64,000 bases of DNA. Source: Lepidodermella squamata (lineage: Eukaryota > Animalia > Gastrotricha). The notes beneath the pieces are model-generated. The model saw nothing but the letters and a program-made list of their open reading frames with translations, made no database searches and was not told the origin of the DNA. Of the stretch, positions 39,833 through 48,972 are shown piece after piece. Each line of letters opens with the position of its first letter. Position 1 is the first letter of the stretch. The stretch is taken from positions 3,844,001-3,908,000 of the forward strand of contig JBLDXI010000007.1 of NCBI GenBank assembly GCA_047495785.1. Direction: 5' to 3'. A program made the translations under genes and the position numbers.

Positions 39833-40321
39833 TTAGTCGGATTTGCCCGACGGCTTCGTTAAATGCCAAAGATATTCAGCCTTAGCAGCAGCTTTGTTGT
39901 AAACGTCACGCGCTTCCTCGGGAGCGACAGCAGCACCTGCCACACCAGCGCCGACAGTGAATGCGGTGAATCGAGCGAAACCTCCTCGTCGCATGAATAA
40001 CATGGCGGCGAATAATCCAGAGAGAGGAACGAGTGAAACCTTTAAGAACAATGCCGGATCTGTTCCCATATCGCTGACTGAAGTTTCAACATTTTTCAAA
40101 GTAGCCGTCGTTGACTTGACGAGAGAATCGGCGGCGTCAACGGTCTTCCATACTGATGGAGATACCGCCTGTCTAACTTCACCAATCTTTTCCGCCAAAA
40201 CATTTTTATAAGTAGTGGCAATAGTGGTTTCAGAAGTTTGTTCGGTGGCAATCGCCCTTGTTGCCAATGCAGGAGGGTCATAGACGGACAAGTCACTCAG
40301 ATTGATCTTGGAGGACGACAT
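39833..40321 (-). CDS. MICOS subunit MIC26/MIC27 (ApoO family)-like
   Basis: N-terminal LSDLSVYDPP, then two hydrophobic segments flanking a basic RRGG linker and ending in AVAPEEA, which is the ApoO-family layout. Confidence 0.72.
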   Translation of the reverse strand: MSSSKINLSDLSVYDPPALATRAIATEQTSETTIATTYKNVLAEKIGEVRQAVSPSVWKTVDAADSLVKSTTATLKNVETSVSDMGTDPALFLKVSLVPLSGLFAAMLFMRRGGFARFTAFTVGAGVAGAAVAPEEARDVYNKAAAKAEYLWHLTKPSGKSD

Positions 40322-41578
40322 TTTACAGATTTTCAAGCGCTTTACTAATCTAAAAAGTAAGTGCATTATGGACCATTAAGAATTTCGATTTGCATTTCAG
40401 TAGGTAAATACATAATACAATGACAATAAACCAGCGAGCAGAAGAACAGTACTTGGAAGTAAGTGGTAGCCTGGTCTCTTATCGGTCACCAGGCGTGAAC
40501 AAAGGTTTTGAGAGCCACTCATAGATATAACGATAAAACGAGCAACAGAAAAAAACGAGGTGCTGCTTGCTGCCAAGTCTAAAAGCAGTGCTCTTAGCGA
40601 TCGCCGGCTAGTTAGCAAACAGCAAACAGACAAGTCGATAATATCATAAAAAGTTCGAATATACTAATCAATCAATTTCCAAATGCACCAACAGCCAACA
40701 CCCGCAATCCGCAACAAAGCTCGATTCGCGCTACGGCGCTACGAGCTACGGCATTGCGCAGGTGTCGACGCAACTCCATCCACCAACAACTTTCTTATCG
40801 GCGGCGATCGCTCTGCAATTTTCGCGCATTTTTACGTCGAATCCTATTTTCACACATAATAGTATGCCAATAATTTTTTTCAAAAACTACATATTGATTA
40901 TTATTTTTATATAAATTAAAGCATTTTTAATACTCAATTAACATTAATTTGTCGCAGGTATTTTTGCAATATTTTTTCACGGTTTTCAACTTTTTTCATT
41001 CTTTTAGGCTTGCAGGAGGATTCTTACCGCATTTTACGTAGCTCGTAAAGACCATAGGAACGTTGGTGGTCGTTTATGGCACTATTTCTTTCGATGTGGT
41101 ACGCATTTTCAAGGCATTTTCATAGCTTCTATGCCTTGTTCACTTTTCGATGTTAGGCCTCATTGACATCATGGTTTGATTTTTCCACTTGAGACCTATG
41201 GCACACAACGCAGATCACATCATATCACGTATCTTTGAATATGTCCAAAGATAGGCACCGTTCAAGATCTTACGGCTACCTGACTTACGGCATTCAACGT
41301 GGCCATCAAGGCGCATCTTAAAGTGTTTCGGAAGCATCGGATCTCCACAAATTTAATACCAAATATTCAAGCTCTCTCCTGTTTAAGAGATGGACGTTAT
41401 TTTTGCCTGACAAGTCTAGGAAAACATGTTATCTCCGCATGCTTCGCAAAGAAGCTGTGTCGGTGTTGTACGCTTCATGATGAGAGGAGCGGCCCACCTT
41501 GGAGGGTTAACATTATGCATGGAATATCGCCATGAGCAAGTATTCACAAGTTGCTATGAACATACGTCATGTCTAAGG

Positions 41579-41923
41579 TTAATTCTGATAAGGTGTTAGC
41601 ATTTCATGAAATCTACCATGGGGCTGTGCGTATTTCTCTGCATCAGTTAGAACTTTTACTCGTATATACTTTCCATCTTTGAACAACATCTTATATCGCT
41701 TTCCAGTTTGTTGAGCTTCAGAAAGCTTAATAGCCATTAATCCGTCTTTCTTCACGAGCATGTCGCCTATGAATTGTTCTTCTATTCCAAGTACATTTCC
41801 ATATCCACTGAAAACCATGATAAGCGTTCCATCATGGTTTCCACAGTCCATTAAGTGTTTTTCTCCAGAAATATCACAGACAAAAGTCATTTTAATATTT
41901 TCTAAATCATCATAAAATGACAT
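41579..41923 (-). CDS. Intronless 114-aa orphan ORF
   Basis: ATG-initiated, globular-looking composition, TATATAAG just upstream. No family recognised. Confidence 0.4.
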   Translation of the reverse strand: MSFYDDLENIKMTFVCDISGEKHLMDCGNHDGTLIMVFSGYGNVLGIEEQFIGDMLVKKDGLMAIKLSEAQQTGKRYKMLFKDGKYIRVKVLTDAEKYAQPHGRFHEMLTPYQN

Positions 41924-42400
41924 CCTGTATTCTTATATATAGTAGATGGATAAAACTATCAAGTGGAAACAGCTCACTTTTGAATTTGTTCAATTTGTTA
42001 AATACCAAAGGAAACATTCTTGGCGCTAGTATTTTCCTGAGTCCTGACTGATGGCAGAATTACATTCTTCTTTAATAGGGGTTTGCCCACTCTTTGCTTG
42101 GCGAAAACATTCTTAACTCGCAATATGTGCGTGGGTTATTTTCTTATATTTTTTCATGATGGCATTATAGGCGTGGAAAACCCCTAATGGCACTGCTGTT
42201 CATGTTTTGCTTGTGAAATTTTCCTACTTTATAGGAACAGTAGTATTTTTCACGTGACACAGCAAAGAATGACTGAGGTTGCATGTGGGAACGGCTTTTC
42301 TGAATCAGTCTCGTCTGTCAAAGGACAAACTCGATTCTGGCGACTAATGGCAATTCTACTAACAGTTCTCTAAGTTTCAGTTGTACTACCCATAGGACCC

Positions 42401-43146
42401 ATGTTCGACCCTAAGGATATAAACAGTTGGGATTTCGAGGGAAAAGTTAACGAGTTTGCAACTCTGAATCGGAAGTATAGCAATCTCGTGGAAGTCATAT
42501 TGGCGAGTGGCGTGAGTGTGAAATTTTATGACGAGCTACATGAAGATGTCTTCAAGGTAAATTTTTATTGAACTACCCTTTTTTGTTTATAACTTCTTTA
42601 TTTTATGTTCATTTCAAGGAGCATGGCATCGGAAAAACGACTTTTCTCAATGGGAACATCTTAATTCATCAGTTGGGCAATGGCCGTGAGCATCAAGCGC
42701 TGGTGCGAGAGTTGGATGGTTTTTTCAGAGATTACTCTAAAGCTCATGGCAGAACCATTCTCTCAACTGGTTCGGCTGATGTGAAACTGGGCGAAAATGA
42801 GCGTCGGCAACCTGATGGGTCTTTCAGTGGCGATGGTAAAAGGAACCCTAACACCCAAGAAGTTGAAACAGTTCCGTCGGTTGTTTTCGAAGTTATGGAT
42901 CATCATGTTGAGCTTTTTCTGGACGTCGCCAACAGATATATTCGACCAGATAACTCGATCTCCTTTGTTTTTATTATTCGCATCTATGAAGAACGTGAAA
43001 ATGGATCTCCAATGGTAGCTGTGGCGTGCGGTAAAAATTTACAAACGCGGCGGCGTTCGTTATACCGCACAGGCATTGATGTGACCTTGTTTGCGTGCTG
43101 CGGTAAAATATTTCCCGTCAAATGGAGAGTTATACCGAAACGCTAG
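42401..43146 (+). CDS. Uma2-like / Crinkler-type PD-(D/E)xK restriction-endonuclease-fold protein, 3' end apparently replaced by repeat DNA
   Basis: Exon 42401-42556, 62-nt GT-AG intron, exon from 42619. Motifs LASGVSVKFY, FLNGNILIHQL...EHQ, STGSADV, RQPDGSF, PSVVFEV. Confidence 0.65.
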
Positions 43147-43583
43147 CGAGTTGTCCGTTCTGATTTGTCGTAGATCCTATTCTAGTTTTCGGAGTTTTCG
43201 TAGTTATTTAGAATAATTACAAAATTCATTTTTCTGAGTTGTAAGATTCTGAAATGACGCGTTGAGTACTGAAATGTCGCTGAAGTAAAAATGATTTTAA
43301 TTTTCTGAAGTGTCGCCTTCTGAAATGTACGTTCTGAAATGACGTAGATCCTAAAATTTAAAATTACAAGAAAATAATTTTATTTAATAAAGAAAGTATT
43401 TATAAAAATAATATAAACATATTTTGTTACAAATTTTAGTTCTATATTTTATTTTTTATTTTTGTTGTTGAAATAAAATAATATAAAATATTTAAAAAAA
43501 AAACAAATAAAAAATATATCAGAACTTTTTTAGAAACAAAATAAAATATACAAGAAATTTCAAATATTTCATTTTATTTATTT

Positions 43584-43727
43584 TAGTAGTATAGTATAGT
43601 ATAGTATAGTATAGTATAGTACCGGAATATAAACGTCGTTATATCAAATATTTTTTCATTTTTTCAATAAAATGAATTAAAAATTATTTTCGATAACGAC
43701 TTTATATTCCGGTATTACTATACTACT
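43584..43727. repeat. (TAGTA)n microsatellite fused to a ~22-bp inverted repeat
   Basis: About seven TAGTA units, then TACCGGAATATAAACGTCGTTAT ... ATAACGACTTTATATTCCGGTA, then TACTATACT. Confidence 0.75.
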
Positions 43728-44260
43728 TATAATTACCCTGATTATTAACAATCTGCCGCAGGGTGCGATCTTGGATCCTGGAGCCTGGAGCTGCCAAGGA
43801 TGAATTATAAGTGCCAAAATGACGTAATTTCAACAAAAAAACGGGTGAGCGAGCGAGCGAGGAATTTTTTTTTCACTAAATCAAGCTCAGAAACCTCTCA
43901 AAATTGACGAAACAGCGGGCTAAATTTACATTTTCTTTTCCGGTGTGTCCCATGAAAGTCGCCGGCTGATCTGCCGTCAGCACCTCCCATTACCCATTAT
44001 TCCCAAACACAATGCTAAGCTGAATAAATTAATCACTGGAGAACTTTCATCCCAGCTAATGGAGACAAGGTAGAGCCAGCCATTCATATTCCCCCTCAGG
44101 TCTCTTTATGAGACACTATTTTATTTCCAACATAGTCGGATATGAAACGGGGAACATAACGATTAGCATTTGCTTAAGCAATAAAACTACTGCACGAAAT
44201 GAATTTTGCAAGCTTCAGCGTGCCTGAAATCTGATTCGATGCTTTTTTTTACCAGCAAGT

Positions 44261-44829
44261 TTAATAAAACATTCCAAGTTCCACGAAAATCAAAACCATA
44301 ACCAGCGCGAGTGCCACAACACCTACGATCATAGCTGCAGTCGATAACTTGATTGATTGCCTCAACTCATGCCTTGAACAAAAAACGAATGACATAGGTA
44401 TTGAGTTAGTACTGAGAAGAAGAACTTACGAGCTGGCGGTTGACTTATAGGCCAGTATCAAAGCCGGGATCGAACAATAAAGGGCTCCCTAAAAATTGAA
44501 TATTTCAGCTGGGAAATTATTGACTTTGTCATAAATACGCAAAAAACGGAGACCCAGCCCATGCAAACTGCTTTGTCCCTGAGTCGGGCGTATTCTTCCG
44601 CTGAACAATCGGCATGGTAGTTTGGAACAATGACGACAGTGTTAGGGCCCTGATTGGGCCAGTTAACTGCATACGGGTAGGTTGAGCCCTGACCAGCTGG
44701 AATGGTTTGGTAAGGCAAACCGGGCTGTTGTTGGAACACCGGCTGCGTCGATGGTTGATAGACCGGCGGAGGTTGCTGAACCGCAGCTAGTTGATCAGCC
44801 TCTGCTAATTTCTGCTTGTCTTCTTCCAT
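44261..44829 (-). CDS. Dispanin/CD225-like small membrane protein with a Pro/Gln-rich N-terminus
   Basis: Three exons. PPPVY motif, then hydrophobic WVSVFC..LYCSIPALILAYKS and a C-terminal TM AAMIVGVVALALVMVLIFV. Stop at 44261. Confidence 0.6.
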
Positions 44830-45438
44830 TTTTATCGATAATAACGACTAACATTATAGAAAGATGGCATGCAAATTAAGCGCCAAGAAGATCTAAAAGA
44901 GTTTGCTATGCCGTATCGAAATGATATCGAACGCCCGGGTTGGATCTTATAAAGCAAAGCTTGCTTCACCTATGCTGCGAGAAAGAGTTCGGTATAAGAT
45001 GAACTGCGCGGAGGCTACAAACCATAGAGAACGGAGTGAATCACTCCGTTCTCTATGCTACAAACAGAGAGACATGTTTCATCATAGAAAAAACAGCTCA
45101 AATGTAGGTGACAGATAAGATCATCAAAGCTCTGTGAAGAATCACACAGCTAATATGTTTGCACTACGTTATCAGGCTATGCTTATCGCAGTTGATAGCC
45201 GACTTTGCGACATCGCCAGCGAGATAACGATTAGGTATTTTTGCATTTATTTACACCTTGTTGACCCCTTGGCCGGAGTAATGGAAGAATTGCTCACCTG
45301 ATTAATCACCCAACCCATGCGGTTAATTTGAATCTGAGCGATATCAGCTGAGTTTTCGTCTGTTACGCGGGATCAATAGGAACAATTCAATTTGAAAATA
45401 CGCATTTTGACCCTTACACGTTCTCCTGGCTTTTTATG

Positions 45439-46635
45439 GGATGTCTGTACTTGCACAAACGATTCTGCACAGAACCACTTGCACAAATTCACATGCACAA
45501 CATTTTTTGCACAAACTCAATTTTTCAAGCGAATCGGTTTGAATATGAAAATTGAAAATAAGGAATTGAAGGCAAAGCCAACTGGCATCAAAGAATGATT
45601 TCAGGCCCTTCCTTCTGAGATATTTTAACGCGTCTGGTTCGAATTTATATTACAAGGGGGAATGAGTTTCACGTTAGGACCTTCGGCAACGATTAATTTA
45701 TTAAATGAAGGCAAAATCAATCAATGAATGCTGTCATGTCCATGTCGTACCGTTTTAAGCGATCCTCCCAAAAGGCAATTGGGATAACCCATGAGGCAAT
45801 ATGCCCAAGATGGAGATATAAGATAATTGGCAGTATCTAGAAACTCCGAATATCTTCTCCTGTAGCCTAAAAAGGTTGCTCACTGATTAAATTCCTTACT
45901 CAGTTGATTGAGATATAATGAAGCTTTCCCGAAGTTCAAGTGCCAAAAGCCGACAAATAGATCATAGTTGGCAGCTGAAACTTTTGCTGAACCTTCCAGG
46001 TTCAAGATAATGATCTTAGTTCCGACTGATTAGTTTCGTCATCTGAAGCAATTGATGAGTCTAAAAAGTAAACCCAACCCCTAGTTCACATAAATCGGAT
46101 TTTATGGAGGTTGGAACAGTCTCTACGATCAACTTCTGTGGAAAAAAGGAATCCGAAATGTCAAGCTAGGTGAACCCCATACTATAACTGGAATTGAGAC
46201 TGCTGGGGTTGACATCCTTTAAGAAAATATAAATTTGAGTATTGTTTGAAATTTCCAGCCATTAATGCCGCACAATGATAATAAGTAGAGAATTTGAAAA
46301 TACCACGATTATCGGTCATCGATGTATCGTTTTGGGAAATAATTATTTTGGGAATTATTAATTTGCTTAAAAAGTGGATTTTTAGAGCAATTTCTTTTTA
46401 GGGTAACCCAATTGCCAATTGGGGCGGATTGCTCGTAACGGTACGACATCCATTTTTCTACCATTACTACTCGAGATCGTGCTGCCCTTGCTTTCAGCCT
46501 TGCTTTTAGCCGCCTTCGATACGCATTAAATGATGACATCCGCTAAGAAAATTGAGTTTGTGCAACAGGTTTTGTGCAACTGCATTTGTGCAAGTCATTT
46601 TGTGCAAAATCGGTTGTGCAAGTACAGGTAAATCC
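45439..46635. mobile_element. Foldback/Mutator-like non-autonomous element, about 1.2 kb
   Basis: Imperfect TIRs of about 85 bp built from TTGCACAA subrepeats (45439-45525 and 46549-46635). Flanks TTTTTATG / TTTTTATA. Confidence 0.8.
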
Positions 46636-46883
46636 TTTTTATACCTATGAGATTGACAATTATTGTAGAATTTTTCGATTTTTGATCATTTCCACACAAT
46701 GGATCATTTTGATCTACGGTGGATCTGGCTGTTTTGCGCAGCGTATATCACCCTTGTCCTTTTCCTCGACACATTTTCAACAGGCCGAAATATTATGTAC
46801 CGAAAAAAGATTCGCGCAAGATCAATTTTATTCAAGGTAATTAAATAATTTTCATAGTATCACAGTTACTGCTTCGATAGTAA

Positions 46884-48548
46884 TTAATCAACACCCCCAA
46901 CATCGCCGGCATATTCCAGGGCCTGCACCTCATCGCGGTAGTGATCGATCAAGTTGACAATCTCAAGCACACGCTTCCGGTTACGCTCGATTTCCTCTTC
47001 CTCGTGAAGGCCATCGATGAGGTTCTTCTCCCAAGATCTCACCCGTGTCACGAGATCGTCCTCGCGGTTGTCTATTTTCAGCAAATGGTAGTCATGAGAC
47101 GACTGAATCGCGTTTACTACTGTGTCTTTGTCAACCAACAAATCACGCAACGCATCAGGAATATCAGCATCCAATTCGTTTTTCAACGCTTTTTCCAGGG
47201 TAACCATGCCTACCTCGAGTAGCTTCTCATTGTGTTGGTTTTCAAGATCGCGAAGCTGGGAGGTCAACGCTTGAACATTTTCAACAAACGAAGAGGTCAA
47301 ATCCTGAACGTTTCGCTCGAAATCTTTGATAGTTTCGTCTAATTGATCAACAAGTTGCAATTCGTAGCCCATCAAAGCATCCCAAAGTTTGTTAATTTCT
47401 TCACGGTAGACTTCAACTCTAGTTTCAAACAACTTGGCATCAGTTTCAACTTGCAGCTCTTCGAAAACTTTATCCTTATGCGAGTTGAATTCTTTGATGG
47501 CCAACTTGCCCAATCGATCGTTTTCAGCCTTGACTTCATTGACGCTGGCCCAAAATTCGTTTACTTCAGTCTGGCGTTTTTCGTGTTCGATGAGGCCAAG
47601 GTCGAAAATCTGTTGACAGATTGCCGAGAATTTGTCTTGGAACTGAGCCAACAATTCCGCAACGCCTGGCATTGCGTTCAATTTCTGGCCCTCGGTATCC
47701 TCCGAAAACAGCGAATGAAACAAAAACGGCCCATTGAGCAGTTCGACAAATGCAAGTCGGTGCTTTTGAAGTTCCTGCTCTTTAACCGCCTCGACATCAG
47801 CCTTCCTCGCAGCGGCTCGCTCGTCGTTAAGCATTTCCTCTACGGAAACGTAGAATTTATCCCGTGAAACCTGTTTGAATTGGTCATCCAACATTCTGTA
47901 GTCGAGATACGCCAACTGAGGAATGTGAGCTGCTACATACATTTTGTAATTTGGCGTTTCGCAGCACGGATTCCCAGCAATGTTAACGGTTCTTAGGTAT
48001 TTGAATCGTCGCAAGTAAACGAGATTCTCAAGCTTAGTCAAGTTATTGTTCCCGATGGACAAAACTTGTAAAGAGGTTTGAGCATCGAGATTTTCAATCA
48101 CCGAAATCCTGTTGTTAAATAACGATAAATCTTCGAGTTTGGTTAACTTGGACAGTCCGTCAATCTGTTGGATGTTGTTAAATGATAAGTCGAGCCATAC
48201 AAGGTTGACGAGAGCATCGAGACCTTCAATTTTTTCAATGATGTTGTTGTCAAGCTGGAGACGCACGAGATTCAGAAAAGGCCAAAGGTTGTCGATTGGC
48301 AGTATGTCTGCAATGAAAATGTTTCGTTAGTTCCGAAGGTAAATCTCACGGGCATGATGTAATTCTAGTCCAGATTTGTATAACTTACTTTTAAAATCAA
48401 GTCGAAGTGACTTGACATCCTTGAAATCGACGCCTTCTTCTTTGGCAATGCGACCAGCTTCGCCCCTTTGGCCTTGTTCTTCAATGGCCGTCTTGAGCAT
48501 CTCCTCGTCTATGACGGCCGGTTCCACTGTATCGTAAAGCCGGCTCAT
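46884..48548 (-). CDS. DRC3: Dynein regulatory complex subunit 3 (LRRC48)
   Basis: Start MSRLYDTVEPAVIDEEML, SDS22-like LRRs (LQLDNNIIEKIEGL, LDLSFNNI), then coiled coils ending ERNRKRVLEI. Exons 48548-48389 and 48307-46884. Confidence 0.92.
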
Positions 48549-48972
48549 CTTTGTGCTTAAAACACCTAAAAGTGAAGAGACATTTGGATGTAACAACAAG
48601 CCAATATATTAAATTCAACACCAAATCAGTAATAATTATGATCACAGCTTGTATTCCATTATTAAGTAGGCTTTGAGCCTTAAAGACACAAGATAAATGA
48701 TAAACAACAGTTAAGTATCACAGTTTCAATAATAAAAATCGCAATAAAATCATAAAAAAACCGCATTTAAAATGCATAGTAAAAACGCGACGTCAGTCAT
48801 AACTAACAACGTCAGCAGGTTATTAATCAAGTCAAGTGAATACGTCACAATCAGGAAATATTTGAAGACCTAGTGAGGTCATTCGGATATACAAGTTGAT
48901 CACAGTATAACAGAAATGTCAAGTCGTGATGAGGTTTCAGTTGTCCCAAATTGTTGAGAAATCCGGGGTGGA

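Noticed and set aside
40690-40830. GCTACG repeats considered as an SL RNA gene or CRISPR-like array
   Set aside because: No donor plus Sm-site layout and no repeat-spacer periodicity; more likely promoter sequence.
41000-41560. Exon-like fragments with splice signals
   Set aside because: They could not be joined into an open or recognisable protein.
45450-45525. Regularly spaced TGCACA repeats resembling an array
   Set aside because: Explained as subrepeats of a transposon TIR, mirrored at 46549-46635.
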